Assembly: GCA_038883715.1 (NCBI GenBank)
Contig: JAVZLS010000007.1
Coordinates: 1 to 64,000 of the forward strand
Direction: 5' to 3'
Origin: Candidatus Bathyarchaeia archaeon
GTDB taxonomy: Archaea; Thermoproteota; Bathyarchaeia; Bathyarchaeales; Bathycorpusculaceae
Length of the DNA stretch: 64,000 nucleotides
Shown: positions 18,404-28,693 of the stretch, one piece after another
Layout: each line of letters begins with the position of its first letter
Position numbering within the stretch: position 1 is the first letter of the stretch
Position numbers and translations under genes: made by a program
The notes under the pieces: generated by a model
What the model saw: the letters and a program-made list of their open reading frames with translations, nothing else
Databases searched by the model: none
What the model was told of the DNA's origin: nothing

Positions 18404-19751
18404 AGGGAGAACCACCCTGACCTTTTATGGCGGAGTAAACGAGATAGGTGGAAACAAAATTCTGCTGAAAGATGGCGACGTGGAAGTCTTCTTTGATTTC
18501 GGCATGTCCTTCGCTCTAAGAAGGCGGTATTACTCTCCACCATTGCTTTCGCCGAAAAGCGAAAAAAGTCTGCAAGAACTTGGCGTACTCCCAAAAATTG
18601 ACGGCGTCTACAAGTTCGACGCTAAGCCAATAGAAGTTAACGCAATTTTCATCTCTCATGGGCACATGGACCATTCGGCTTATCTATCCTTCATTAAGAG
18701 GGAAATCCCAGTTTACTGCGGTGAAACAACAAGGATTATCCTACAGGCTTTCGGGGAAATCCGAAAAACAGATCTGGAATTCAATGTGGAGGGAATAGAC
18801 TTTAAGGATTTCAGAACAGGCAAAACTGTCAATGTGGGTGGCTTGCAAGTTGAGCCAATACATGTGGACCACTCAGTTCCCGGGGCGTATGGCTTCATAA
18901 TTCACACGTCCAGCGGCGCCGTCATCTACACTGGAGATTTTCGTGTTCATGGGGCAAAGCCTAAGATGACCCGCGATTTTGTTGAAGAGGCGAAAAGGGC
19001 GGAACCAGTAGCCATTATTACCGAAGCCACTAACATGACTGGGGCAACCGTTTCTTCAGAAGGCGAAGTTGAAAGAAAACTGAACCAGATTGTGGAGCAG
19101 ACAGACGGCATTGTGCTCGCAGAATTTGCCTCCACAGATGTTGATAGGCTGAACTCCTTCCATCGGGTAGCCAAGAAAAACAGACGCTGCCTCACCGTTT
19201 CACTGAGGCAAGCCTACTTGATGGACGCCCTCCGCAGTGACAAGAGGCTTAACATTCCCAGCCTAGAAGACGAGAACATTTTGATTTTTCGAAAATCGAA
19301 AAAATCTGCAGAAGGCAAGGAAAGGCTGCGCAGCTGGGAAAAACAACTATTGGAACAGTACCAAGACAAGGTTGTGGACTGCGAACAAGTCTCGAAGCAG
19401 CAGCGCAAAATAATCTTGACAATGTCCTTTTACGATCTAGAACAGCTTGTTGAAATAAAACCGCAGCCCGGAAGCTGCTACTTATCCTCATCCTCAGAGC
19501 CCTTTAACGAGGAAATGGAAATAGACTATGAAAAGCTTGTAAACTGGCTTAGGCACTATGGACTACCCCAATACCACATCCATGTTTCAGGGCACGTAAT
19601 GCCACTACAGTTAAAGGCTATTCTTGAAGAGATCGGAGCAAAAACAATTTTCCCAGTGCACACAGAAAACGCCGAACTCTTCGCCAGGTTCATGCAAGAC
19701 TCAAAAAGCAAAGTTTCACTCGCCGAGATAGGAAAAGAATACCAACTCTAA
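18396..19751 (+). CDS. Beta-CASP/RNase J-like metallo-beta-lactamase
   Basis: GGVNEIGGN, SHGHMDH, YTGDFR, HVSGH, PVHTE. Confidence 0.88.
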   Translation: MVKGRTTLTFYGGVNEIGGNKILLKDGDVEVFFDFGMSFALRRRYYSPPLLSPKSEKSLQELGVLPKIDGVYKFDAKPIEVNAIFISHGHMDHSAYLSFIKREIPVYCGETTRIILQAFGEIRKTDLEFNVEGIDFKDFRTGKTVNVGGLQVEPIHVDHSVPGAYGFIIHTSSGAVIYTGDFRVHGAKPKMTRDFVEEAKRAEPVAIITEATNMTGATVSSEGEVERKLNQIVEQTDGIVLAEFASTDVDRLNSFHRVAKKNRRCLTVSLRQAYLMDALRSDKRLNIPSLEDENILIFRKSKKSAEGKERLRSWEKQLLEQYQDKVVDCEQVSKQQRKIILTMSFYDLEQLVEIKPQPGSCYLSSSSEPFNEEMEIDYEKLVNWLRHYGLPQYHIHVSGHVMPLQLKAILEEIGAKTIFPVHTENAELFARFMQDSKSKVSLAEIGKEYQL

Positions 19752-19867
19752 ACCGAATTTACAGCGCACTCAATAGCAAACAGTATAGTCCTTCTATATT
19801 TCTGGTTCAAAGGTTTAATCATAAGGCTTTGTAGTGTTTTAGGGTTCATAACCTATAAGTTTTCACG

Positions 19868-20134
19868 TTGAATCTTAATACATGCGATAATGCCATGAAA
19901 GCCGCAGCGAAAATCCATCGACGCATACTAATACTCATCCACAGCCTAGGCTTAAGCTGCCTAGGAGGAGCCATATTCCTCCAAATCCTAGTGTTCATGG
20001 ACATACTACAACACGGCTACTTCATGGCTGTTGAAAACAACCCGGCGATCCTCACGTTCGAAATAATCCTGACATTTTTCGCCCTTATCTACTTCATATA
20101 CATGTACCAACGCTTCATCCGATCAATAAAATAA
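19868..20134 (+). CDS. Small 2-TM membrane protein
   Basis: Two hydrophobic helices. Confidence 0.6.
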   Translation: MNLNTCDNAMKAAAKIHRRILILIHSLGLSCLGGAIFLQILVFMDILQHGYFMAVENNPAILTFEIILTFFALIYFIYMYQRFIRSIK

Positions 20135-20248
20135 CCAGCTTTAAGCATCAAAATTTAAAAAACGGTTTTTAATGGCGGCTAAATAGTAAAAGAGGAATAA
20201 AAAACCGTTAAATAAACTTCGGAAATCCATCAGTAACCGTCAGCATAT

Positions 20249-20956
20249 GTGGTGTTAGAAGCTATGAAAGGATGTAAGGCTCTTACAGCATTAATACTCA
20301 TCTTGCTTGTGGTGGCCATAAGCGGCAAGGTTGCCGCAAACGCAGAGGTGCGCGTTTACAGATACTCCTTTGCCGGAATCGAAGTATTTCTTGAGAATCC
20401 ATCGGAAATCTACCCCAACCAAACTATAACTATTGATGTTGCAACAAAAGCCTTAACGAATTTGACGATTAGCTGGATGTGGATAGAATTTTACACGTTT
20501 CATAATTCAACAACGGAGGAAACAATGTTTTACAATATCACCCACATCCTCACAACGGTAACGCTTTCTTACAGTCAATGGGTGAATGGCACTTATGAAG
20601 TGCCTATTCCAGAGTACGCAGTTAATGTGGTTTATGGAAGAATGGTTTTAAAGTGGGCCGTCAGTGGAACAGAGGAGACAACAACATACGAAAGGAAGTT
20701 AACATTCATTATGGGTTATTTAAAGAGCTTGGAGCTTGAAAAATTAAGGAATGAAGTTGAAAGATTAGAAGGCGAAAATGCTCTGTTGAGGGAAAATTTG
20801 ACTGAGCTTCTCAACAATCTTGCTGAAATTAAAAATCGTTACGAAGGGGAATTAAACGGAACGCGGAGCACAGTGACTGTTTTAGCTATTACAACAATAT
20901 TCTTTTTGGCGACAACAGCCTATCTAGTTCTGCGGAAACCAAGGGAGTATTGGTAA
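20249..20956 (+). CDS. Surface protein: signal peptide, beta domain, coiled coil, C-terminal TM anchor
   Basis: Hydrophobic N- and C-termini; several NxS/T sequons. Confidence 0.7.
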   Translation: MVLEAMKGCKALTALILILLVVAISGKVAANAEVRVYRYSFAGIEVFLENPSEIYPNQTITIDVATKALTNLTISWMWIEFYTFHNSTTEETMFYNITHILTTVTLSYSQWVNGTYEVPIPEYAVNVVYGRMVLKWAVSGTEETTTYERKLTFIMGYLKSLELEKLRNEVERLEGENALLRENLTELLNNLAEIKNRYEGELNGTRSTVTVLAITTIFFLATTAYLVLRKPREYW

Positions 20957-20965
20957 CTTCAAACA

Positions 20966-22306
20966 CTACTTTTTATGTAGGTTTTGGGCCGCAATAAATG
21001 TTAAGCCTTTTTCTGTTAGGGCTTTTGCTGTTCTGTTTACGGCGTCGTGCTTGTCTAAGTAGTTTGCTAATAGTTTTGGCATGAGTCCCTTCTCTATTAT
21101 TTCCTTCTTTGGTATGAAGTAGTCAAGCAAGTCTGATGGATGTTCGCGGGTTTTCTCCACTTCTGGTATTCCGCCCTCGTGTTTGGCGCTTATGTTTTTC
21201 ACGTGATCTGCCAGTTCCAAAAGTTCGCCTAGTCGGTCGTAGGGTTGTCGGACAATGCTCTTGTAGGCTTCTGTTATATGGTGTTCTATGCGGACAATGT
21301 CCTCAAAACCAAAGGCTTTTCTAATGTAGGCTGAAAGCTCGATGGTGCGGTTGTCAACAGAGTTTGATAGGTTAAACCCGATGAGAGGCGTTGTTCCATC
21401 TTTCCGGCTGAAGAGCTTGGCGGCCATAAGCGTCCACAAAATCGAGTAGGGATTATCATTTCCGAGGAAAACTGAAATTTTGAATTCGATGTCTATTCCA
21501 AGTTTATGGAGTAGATAGCCAAGCAGAACAGTTCCGGAATTCGTGTTCAAAACTTGCTTAACGCCGTATTCCGTGTAGTAGTGCAGATACTCTTCAACCC
21601 ATTTTAGGGCATACTGGTTTGGAACACCAATGCCGCCGAAATATCCAGTTATCGTCTCCAGTCCACCTAAATGGACGTTCACTGGTTTTCCATCTGAACC
21701 CGGCATTGTTCCCTTTGTGTCAAGCGTCTGCACATAGGATGCTCCAATAATCTGCATTGCAGCGGCAAAAGCTAGAATGTCGCCGTCTTCAACCTGCTCT
21801 TTCATTGAACGTACTCGGATATATCGGGCTGGCATAAGGTCTTGCTGCTTAATTGCCTTCTTAGCCTCTTCAATAAGCCACGGGAAAAAGTTGCATGCGC
21901 TAATTTCAAGCGTCACGGCAAAGGACTCGTCGAAACGCATGGAATCCGCTTTTTCCCCGAGGATTTTTCTGCGGTACTCTGGTACGCTTATGAACACGCC
22001 TTTGTCCCGCTGCTTTATTAACCACTTAAGGTCTTTTATAAAAGGCGACTTTTTCTCTTCAAGACGCTTCATGAGATTTTCAAGTTTGCCATTTTCCTTA
22101 GCTTTTCTGTTTATCTCCTCAACTCCGCCATACTTGTCAATTATCTCGAGAACCCCGTTAATGAGTGGGTTGTCCTCCCGCAAAAGGAAAGCGTTAACCT
22201 CCTTCACATTTCTCTCGTCGATTAGCAATTTTTCTCTCAGCGCCTTCAAGCTGTTTCCTCCAACAGAATCTATAATTTGTAGTTCAAAGTTTAAATTGTT
22301 TAACAT
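20966..22306 (-). CDS. Hypothetical soluble protein, enzyme-like (start may be further downstream)
   Basis: 446-aa open frame with typical composition; family not recognised. Confidence 0.7.
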   Translation of the reverse strand: MLNNLNFELQIIDSVGGNSLKALREKLLIDERNVKEVNAFLLREDNPLINGVLEIIDKYGGVEEINRKAKENGKLENLMKRLEEKKSPFIKDLKWLIKQRDKGVFISVPEYRRKILGEKADSMRFDESFAVTLEISACNFFPWLIEEAKKAIKQQDLMPARYIRVRSMKEQVEDGDILAFAAAMQIIGASYVQTLDTKGTMPGSDGKPVNVHLGGLETITGYFGGIGVPNQYALKWVEEYLHYYTEYGVKQVLNTNSGTVLLGYLLHKLGIDIEFKISVFLGNDNPYSILWTLMAAKLFSRKDGTTPLIGFNLSNSVDNRTIELSAYIRKAFGFEDIVRIEHHITEAYKSIVRQPYDRLGELLELADHVKNISAKHEGGIPEVEKTREHPSDLLDYFIPKKEIIEKGLMPKLLANYLDKHDAVNRTAKALTEKGLTFIAAQNLHKK

Positions 22307-22330
22307 TTATGGTAATTCGAGAGGAAAAGC

Positions 22331-23809
22331 ATGTTCAAGCCTGAAGGAATTTTCCCAGCTCTTGTCACGCCCTTCACCGACGACGGAAAAGCCGTTGACA
22401 CGGAAAGACTGCGATTTCTGGTAAACCGCTGCATAGAGTTAGGCGTCCACGGCGTTGTTCCATGCGGCACAACAGGCGAATTCGTTAATATGACAGTTGA
22501 GGAGCGGAAACAAGTCATTAAAGTTGTTGTGGACGAGGTTAACGGATGCGTTCCAGTAATCGCCGGAACTGGTGCAAGCGGAACAGATCAAGCCCTAGAA
22601 ATGACGAAATACGCTAAGGATGTAGGCGCTGACGCCGCCCTAATTGTTACGCCATTTTATTTGAAGCCAGCAGACCGCGGGATATACGAGCACTTCGACA
22701 CCATAGCAAGCAAGGTTGACATGCCCATAATACTATACAACATTCCGCAGTGCACAGGTGTGCAACTGACATGGCAAATGGTTGAGGACTTGGCTCAAAT
22801 ACCCAACATTGTGGGCTTAAAGGACAGCAGCGGGCAACTGGGCTATATACTGGCTGTGCTGGAAAAAGTTAGAGACAAAATAAAAGTGCTGTGCGGACAC
22901 GATGAAGTTGTTGTGGCAGCATTGGCTGCAGGATGTTCAGGCGCCATACTTGCAAGCGCCAACGTAATACCGGACATATGGGTCCAAATATACAACCACA
23001 TAAAAAATGGCGAGTTACAAAAAGCCCGAGAGCTCCAATACAAAGTTCAGAAAATAGCCCGCATAATAGCTGGAAGTGGACCGGTTGGAGTTAAAGCCGC
23101 CCTAAACATGATGAAAATAAAGGTTGGCCCCGTAAGACAGCCCCTCAGCGTCGGGGGAGAATTAACCTACGAAGCTCGGGAAGAACTACGCCTAGATTTG
23201 GAGAAAATCGGCAAAATAGAGCCAAAACCAGTAATCTTCGAAATTGGAGAAAAACCCCTAGAGCAACGCTTCATGGCGGTTGACATAACCCCAGAAATAA
23301 TAAAAGACTTTAACCTCCGAGTAGGCGAGGCACTAGCTGGCTCAGGTGCAGAGGTAGCCCACATAGACCTAGTAATCGGCAGAAAAGATGGCCCGGTAGG
23401 CGCAGCCTTTGTCAAGGCTAAGGCTACTCCAACCCCGGGACATGAACCACTGTTAGCCATACTGGAACCAAACTTAACTGTTAAGCCCATAACCCTTATC
23501 GTTCCAACGGTTACGATAACCAGCATGCGTCAAGCAAGCCTCGTTTATGGGCCAGCCCAAACGGCGGTAGCCAAAGCCGTTGTGGACAGCGTTGCAGACG
23601 GCACAATTCCAAAAGAAGCCGTAGAGGACCTAATAATAATTGCGAATGTTTTTGTGCACCCGTCGGCAGTAGATAGACAACGTGTTTATATAAACAATTA
23701 TAAGGCTATGCGTCACGCCATAAGAAAAGCTATAGAGGGAAGACCAACAATAGACGAGCTAATAGAAAATAAGGAAAGGGCAAAGCATCCATTCAAATAC
23801 ACACCATAA
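22331..23809 (+). CDS. DapA-family aldolase fused to formaldehyde-activating enzyme (Fae)
   Basis: N-terminal GTTGE, YNIP, GLKDSS; C-terminal GEAL..EVAHIDL, GPAQTAVAKAV, VFVHP, NY.A, HPF. Confidence 0.88.
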   Translation: MFKPEGIFPALVTPFTDDGKAVDTERLRFLVNRCIELGVHGVVPCGTTGEFVNMTVEERKQVIKVVVDEVNGCVPVIAGTGASGTDQALEMTKYAKDVGADAALIVTPFYLKPADRGIYEHFDTIASKVDMPIILYNIPQCTGVQLTWQMVEDLAQIPNIVGLKDSSGQLGYILAVLEKVRDKIKVLCGHDEVVVAALAAGCSGAILASANVIPDIWVQIYNHIKNGELQKARELQYKVQKIARIIAGSGPVGVKAALNMMKIKVGPVRQPLSVGGELTYEAREELRLDLEKIGKIEPKPVIFEIGEKPLEQRFMAVDITPEIIKDFNLRVGEALAGSGAEVAHIDLVIGRKDGPVGAAFVKAKATPTPGHEPLLAILEPNLTVKPITLIVPTVTITSMRQASLVYGPAQTAVAKAVVDSVADGTIPKEAVEDLIIIANVFVHPSAVDRQRVYINNYKAMRHAIRKAIEGRPTIDELIENKERAKHPFKYTP

Positions 23810-23822
23810 GCGTGGAAAGGAT

Positions 23823-24632
23823 TTGCAAAATCAAAAAATAACGGAAGGCGACCACGTCCTCTTGTACTTGGACCAGAGGAGAACATACCTCGTAAAGGTT
23901 GAGGCTGGCAAAACCTTCCACACCCACAAAGGCTTCATAAAATTTGACGACATCATAGGCAAAGAGTACGGCTCAACCGTCATAAGCAGCCTCGGCGTAA
24001 AGTTCACGGCGCTAAAGCCCCTACTTCGCGACTACATAATGAAGGCTGTTAGAAGAACCCAAATCACGTATCCAAAAGACATAGCTCTAATCATAATCTT
24101 CAGCGGAATAGGCCCCGGAAGCCGCGTTGTGGAGGCTGGAACAGGAACAGGCGCATTAACAATGGCCCTAGCCCATTATGTAAGGCCAAACGGCCGCGTC
24201 TACAGCTACGAGGTCAGAAGCGAATTCCTTGAAACTGCGGAGAAAAACATTAAGCGGGCTGGCCTAGCGGATTTTGTGGAACTTAAAAACAAGGATATTA
24301 CTTCTGGCATAGACGAAGTCGACGTAGACGCCGTCATACTGGATATGGCGACGCCATGGCTTGTGGTCCCCCACGCCTATAGGGCGCTAAAACCTTGTGG
24401 TACACTGGTTTCCTTTAGCCCAACCATAGACCAAGCGGTTAAAACTGCGGAAGCCCTAGGGGAGAACAGCTTCATAGACATAGAAACCGTTGAATGTTTA
24501 ATGAGGGGAATGCAAACAGAAAGAGGCAAAACAAGACCCCAGACGCTTATGACGGCACACACGGGTTACATAACCTTCGCAAGAAAAGCCCTAAAAGCGT
24601 CACCAACAAAAATGGGCCAAAAAGAAGGATAG
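23823..24632 (+). CDS. trmI: tRNA m1A57/58 methyltransferase
   Basis: TQITYPKD, EAGTGTGAL, LDMATPW, HTGYITFARK. Confidence 0.92.
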   Translation: MQNQKITEGDHVLLYLDQRRTYLVKVEAGKTFHTHKGFIKFDDIIGKEYGSTVISSLGVKFTALKPLLRDYIMKAVRRTQITYPKDIALIIIFSGIGPGSRVVEAGTGTGALTMALAHYVRPNGRVYSYEVRSEFLETAEKNIKRAGLADFVELKNKDITSGIDEVDVDAVILDMATPWLVVPHAYRALKPCGTLVSFSPTIDQAVKTAEALGENSFIDIETVECLMRGMQTERGKTRPQTLMTAHTGYITFARKALKASPTKMGQKEG

Positions 24633-24638
24633 CTGGCG

Positions 24639-24791
24639 GTGATATCTGAAGAGGAAGCCATACAGCTTATCAAAAACACTAGCAAATGTGCCCACGCCCT
24701 ACTTGTCTCCGCTATTATGGCTGAAATGGCTGAGGAACTCAGCAAAGAAAGAAATCAAAGTTTAATGTTTATTCGGCAGAAGCTGTGGTAG
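24639..24791 (+). pseudogene. Truncated N-terminal fragment resembling an HDIG/HD-domain protein
   Basis: MISEEEAIQLIKN..HALLVSAIM..AEEL, then runs into the convergent gene before any HD motif. Confidence 0.45.
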
Positions 24792-25494
24792 TCACCTTTG
24801 GTTTTTTGAACAAGTTTTTCCAAATAGGCAGTAGACCCCTACTCACGAGCAGAATTACACCAAGCGAGGCGAAACATATTGGCAGACCAATCATGACGCC
24901 TTGGGCGATCAAAAGCAAACCCTTAGAGAGAAACTCGATAACAGGTACCAAAGAGGCTGGAATTCCATTTCCATTTTGAGGCTTTTCCTCTTTCAAGTTT
25001 ATGTATATTGTTGAGTAAACAGGTTCTTGAGGCTGCTGTTGGGTTTGTTCAATTTCTTCTATGCTTATGTTGATATATGTAACTGTGCCGTTTGCTTCGA
25101 TGATTTCTCTAACCTTGAAAGTAAAGGATGTCACATTTTCTGGAGGCAGCTTGCAGATTAGCTGGCCACTCCATGACCCGTCAACGTAAGTCATGCGTAG
25201 AGACTTAACATATCCACCTTTATGCTCCGTCATAGCTTGTAGGCTGCTGACAACATTTTCAAAGGCTCCTTTTTCAAGCTCGCCTTCAATAGTTTCGGTT
25301 ATGACTTGAGAGCGCTGGGATAGAGCAGAATCGCTGTTTTTCGGCGCTAAAGCCCACTCTGAAAGACTGCCTCCCCTATAAAATGTCCCATTTAATTCAC
25401 CCATCATACTTGGATAGCAAATGAGCAAAACTACAACAGCGCCGAGGATTATTGCCGCAAATATCTCTTTCTTTCTAATCCACATCTTTTCCAC
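24769..25494 (-). CDS. Membrane-anchored protein, DUF4349-like
   Basis: N- and C-terminal TM segments; GGYV and YSTIYINL motifs. Confidence 0.6.
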   Translation of the reverse strand: MEKMWIRKKEIFAAIILGAVVVLLICYPSMMGELNGTFYRGGSLSEWALAPKNSDSALSQRSQVITETIEGELEKGAFENVVSSLQAMTEHKGGYVKSLRMTYVDGSWSGQLICKLPPENVTSFTFKVREIIEANGTVTYINISIEEIEQTQQQPQEPVYSTIYINLKEEKPQNGNGIPASLVPVIEFLSKGLLLIAQGVMIGLPICFASLGVILLVSRGLLPIWKNLFKKPKVTTTASAE

Positions 25495-25570
25495 CGAAAA
25501 AATGTTGCGATGATTAGCCTATAATACCATGGTTTAGAACGTTATTGTACCAAAACTGGAACAAGAAGAA

Positions 25571-25843
25571 CTAATGAAAGAATATAGCCTTAACAATGGA
25601 GTAGGCAGCCACGGCGGCTAAGAAGCCAATTGCCACAGTTAATAATCCGACAAAGTAGCTTTGCGTTGGGGCCTCGCCGAGTCCATAATGCTCCTCAAGA
25701 CTTTTCATCCTCTCCGAGAGAGTTTGAGGGGCAAGCTCGGCTCCAAAACCCGTGTCTGTGGTTGGTGCAAGAAATAGCGGAACTACAATCGCCAGTACTC
25801 CGAGAATCACCGCAATTAAGGAGTAAGTCAAGCCTTTCCTCAA
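25571..25843 (-). CDS. Small 2-TM membrane protein
   Basis: Two hydrophobic helices. Confidence 0.6.
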   Translation of the reverse strand: MRKGLTYSLIAVILGVLAIVVPLFLAPTTDTGFGAELAPQTLSERMKSLEEHYGLGEAPTQSYFVGLLTVAIGFLAAVAAYSIVKAIFFH

Positions 25844-25919
25844 AGCGCCTCGCCTTTACGACTGCTAAGATTTTTCAGCCTTTTAAATCTAGATTTTAGA
25901 ACGGCTCTCGAACTCTTTT

Positions 25920-26387
25920 TCAAAACGGTTTCGCCCTCCAAACGCGAATTGTCTCAATCCAGAAGGCTACGGCGGCGATGAATCCAAACATGACAGCATA
26001 AAGGTTCGGCCAAACTTGGCCTAAAACGCACAACGCGATGTAAGTGGCTAACATAGTTGTAAATAGAACCGAATAGAACAAGAAGCGAGGAACCATGAGT
26101 CGTCCCACGCGAGCAAAGAAACGTAAAATTCCAATTTTAACTTCTTCCTTAAGCGTGTATTCGCCTGTCGGCTTTTTCCTAACGAGGCCCAACTCTTCCA
26201 GTTTTTCAAGGTGGTGAACCGCTATGCTTGGACTGGAAAACTTTAAGGCCCTTTGTACCTCGCGGACACCGACGGTGCGGTCTGGTTGCTGGAGCATGTA
26301 CCAGTAAACAATTAGCGTCTTCCCCTTTAAGGTGGATTCCAAAAGCGTTTGGTCAAGCTCTTTCGGTTTTTTAGAAGCCTTCGCCAA
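25920..26387 (-). CDS. Membrane-tethered winged-helix regulator
   Basis: VREVQRAL.FSSPS.A.HHLEKL HTH followed by two TM segments. Confidence 0.75.
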   Translation of the reverse strand: MAKASKKPKELDQTLLESTLKGKTLIVYWYMLQQPDRTVGVREVQRALKFSSPSIAVHHLEKLEELGLVRKKPTGEYTLKEEVKIGILRFFARVGRLMVPRFLFYSVLFTTMLATYIALCVLGQVWPNLYAVMFGFIAAVAFWIETIRVWRAKPF

Positions 26388-26501
26388 ATTTAACCGCCAA
26401 CTATCCTTTTATGATATGTGCTCTTAAAAGCCTAACTTTTTAGAAAAGCATTTAACCGCACCAGAAAATACAAGTCTTAAAGCAAAACGGAGAAACTGTT
26501 T

Positions 26502-27695
26502 GTGGAGCTTTCTATAAGCGAAAGCGAATATAAAAAGCGCATAGAAACTGTCAGAAAAGTTCTTCAGCGAAGAAGGCTTGACGCCCTATACTTAACAAAC
26601 GCCACAAGCATCTTCTATTTGACGGGATACTCCTTCATATCCACTGAGAGACCCGCAGCGCTGGTTATTCCGCTTGACGGAAAAATAACCTTCATGGGAC
26701 CACTGCTGGAAAAAGATCACGTCCCTTTAAAAACGAGGCTAATTGAGGAGGTTAAAACGTATCTTGACTATCCAGGCGAAAGGCATCCAATAGAACATTT
26801 TGCAGAATTCCTAAGAGAGATGGGATTAGCGAATAAACGCATAGGCATAGACAATAAAGCCGGAGCCACCGGCATATGGGGATACAAAGGGCCACCCATA
26901 ACGCGAAAACTGCCAGAGGCAAAATTTGTGGACATGGCTGATCTTGTGCCAAAAATGCGGCTTATTAAGTCTCCAGCCGAAATCGCCTTGATAAAAGAAA
27001 GCTCCAAGTGGGCGAATCTAGCGGTGTCCCTACTACAGGAGTACATTACAGAGGGTGCGTGGGACGTGGAAGTAGCTCTGGCCGCCTCGCTAGATGCATC
27101 CGGCATAATGAAGAAGACTTTAGGCGCTGATTTTGAACCTTTAAGAAATATTTTCCCAGTATCAGCAGGCTTTAGAGGGCAAATCGGTGAAATGAGCGCC
27201 ATACCCCACGCCATTGGAACAAGGCGTAGAATTAAAAGCGGAGATGTCGTAATAGCTGAGGCAAGCGTAGAAATAGGCGGTTACAGCTGCGAACTTGAAC
27301 GCACAATGATTGTCGGCAAACCTTCCGCTAAACAAAAACGCTACTTCCAAGTTATGGTAAAAGCCCAAGAAGCCGCCATCCAAAAAATAAGAGATGGCGC
27401 TGAATGCAGCGAAGTGGACAAAGCCTCAATAAACGTATTCAAAAAAGCCAACTTAACCCATCTCATAAGGCATCACACCGGACATGGCATAGGACTGGAA
27501 GGCCACGAACCCCCATGGCTAGACCTTGGCAATAAAGAAAAGTTAAGAGCCGGAATGGTAGTAAGTTGTGAGCCTGGAATATACGAAACAGGATTCGCCG
27601 GATTCCGCCACTCAGACACCATACTAGTGACAAAGGATGGCTGCGAACTCCTCACATACTACCCGCGAGACCTTGAATCACTAACAATAATTTAA
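26502..27695 (+). CDS. M24 family Xaa-Pro peptidase
   Basis: HHTGHGIGLEGHEPP, EPGIY, GFRHSDT. Confidence 0.9.
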   Translation: MELSISESEYKKRIETVRKVLQRRRLDALYLTNATSIFYLTGYSFISTERPAALVIPLDGKITFMGPLLEKDHVPLKTRLIEEVKTYLDYPGERHPIEHFAEFLREMGLANKRIGIDNKAGATGIWGYKGPPITRKLPEAKFVDMADLVPKMRLIKSPAEIALIKESSKWANLAVSLLQEYITEGAWDVEVALAASLDASGIMKKTLGADFEPLRNIFPVSAGFRGQIGEMSAIPHAIGTRRRIKSGDVVIAEASVEIGGYSCELERTMIVGKPSAKQKRYFQVMVKAQEAAIQKIRDGAECSEVDKASINVFKKANLTHLIRHHTGHGIGLEGHEPPWLDLGNKEKLRAGMVVSCEPGIYETGFAGFRHSDTILVTKDGCELLTYYPRDLESLTII

Positions 27696-27828
27696 GAGAT
27701 TGCCGTCCGAGTAACTCTGAAATTTCATCCAACAGTCAATCTAATGCCTTCTCATCATCCGGCAAAAACAATAAACGAAAACAAAAATAAAAACGTTCAC
27801 CAACACATCATTATGAAAGTCCAGCACA

Positions 27829-27905
27829 GGGCCGGTAGTTCAGCTGGTATGAACGCCCGACTTGCACTCGGGAGGTCGCGGGTTCAAATCCCGCCCGGTC
27901 CACCA
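27829..27905 (+). tRNA. tRNA-Ala(TGC)
   Basis: Cloverleaf; cccga-cttgcac-tcggg anticodon arm; GTTCAAATC; encoded CCA. Confidence 0.95.
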
Positions 27906-27989
27906 TTTTAGTTTTATTGCCAGAATCCGTTGCCATTTATAACAAAACTCGCAAAACTTCAAGGACTCGAACCGTAGGTTCCTATCAAG

Positions 27990-28007
27990 GTGCGGGGGGT
28001 GGGATTT
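27990..28007. repeat. Truncated third copy of the tRNA-Leu att sequence
   Basis: gtgcggggggtgggattt, identical to 28960-28977 and 36801-36818. Confidence 0.8.
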
Positions 28008-28052
28008 ACGCACAAATTTACCAGTAAATTTTGCTTTTTGATATGGAACAGT

Positions 28053-28217
28053 TCAAGCTTGGGCTTTAACTTTGCTTGTTATTTGCTCTATTCTTTTCAA
28101 GCTTTCAACTATGTTGTGGGCTTCTTTGAGCACTGTTTCTTGGTCTTTTATGCTTAAGCCTTTCAATATTTGGTCTACATCTTCATGTATTTGTTTGGCT
28201 ATTTCAGTGCTGCTCAT
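28053..28217 (-). CDS. 54-aa helical protein, possible antitoxin partner of the PIN protein
   Basis: MSSTEIAKQIHEDVDQ...KAQA; ATGA overlap with the PIN stop. Confidence 0.55.
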   Translation of the reverse strand: MSSTEIAKQIHEDVDQILKGLSIKDQETVLKEAHNIVESLKRIEQITSKVKAQA

Positions 28218-28693
28218 TTTAACCACTCTAAAATCATATTGGGCGTGCCCACTTTTATAGTTTTTAGGTTTTTCTTTTTGTTAACTTTGTTTATGATTTT
28301 CTCGTAGCGTGGGTTAAAGTCGTCTTTGTTCCATGAAGCAAGGTAATCTGCGTTCAAAAGGGTTGCTCCAGCATAGTGTAGTAAGTCACCAATCGTTAGG
28401 GATGTCCCCTCTAAATACTTGTTAACTAACAAAAGAAGGGTTCTCGAATGTGGAATCAGAAGCTTGATGCCGTAGACTTCTATGACTTCCAATACTCTAA
28501 GCGCGTCAGTAACTCTTAACGGTCTCTTAGCGACACCTATGGCTAAATCCATTTCGACAGCTTGTTTACATGATACCAACTCAAAGCCGAAGCGCTTTAC
28601 AATATCTAAAAACTCCCTTGTTTGATTATGAAATAGGTCAAACGGGTTAGCTAGGGCTATTAAAACGGAAAGCTCCAAATAAACTCGAACCAA
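28214..28693 (-). CDS. PIN-domain protein
   Basis: VYLELSVLIAL, GDLLHYA, SWNKDDF. Confidence 0.75.
   Translation of the reverse strand: MVRVYLELSVLIALANPFDLFHNQTREFLDIVKRFGFELVSCKQAVEMDLAIGVAKRPLRVTDALRVLEVIEVYGIKLLIPHSRTLLLLVNKYLEGTSLTIGDLLHYAGATLLNADYLASWNKDDFNPRYEKIINKVNKKKNLKTIKVGTPNMILEWLK

Noticed and set aside
21777-22424. 215-aa antisense ORF (also 8204..8803 and 17509..18093)
   Set aside because: Ser/Phe-rich antisense shadows of well-supported genes
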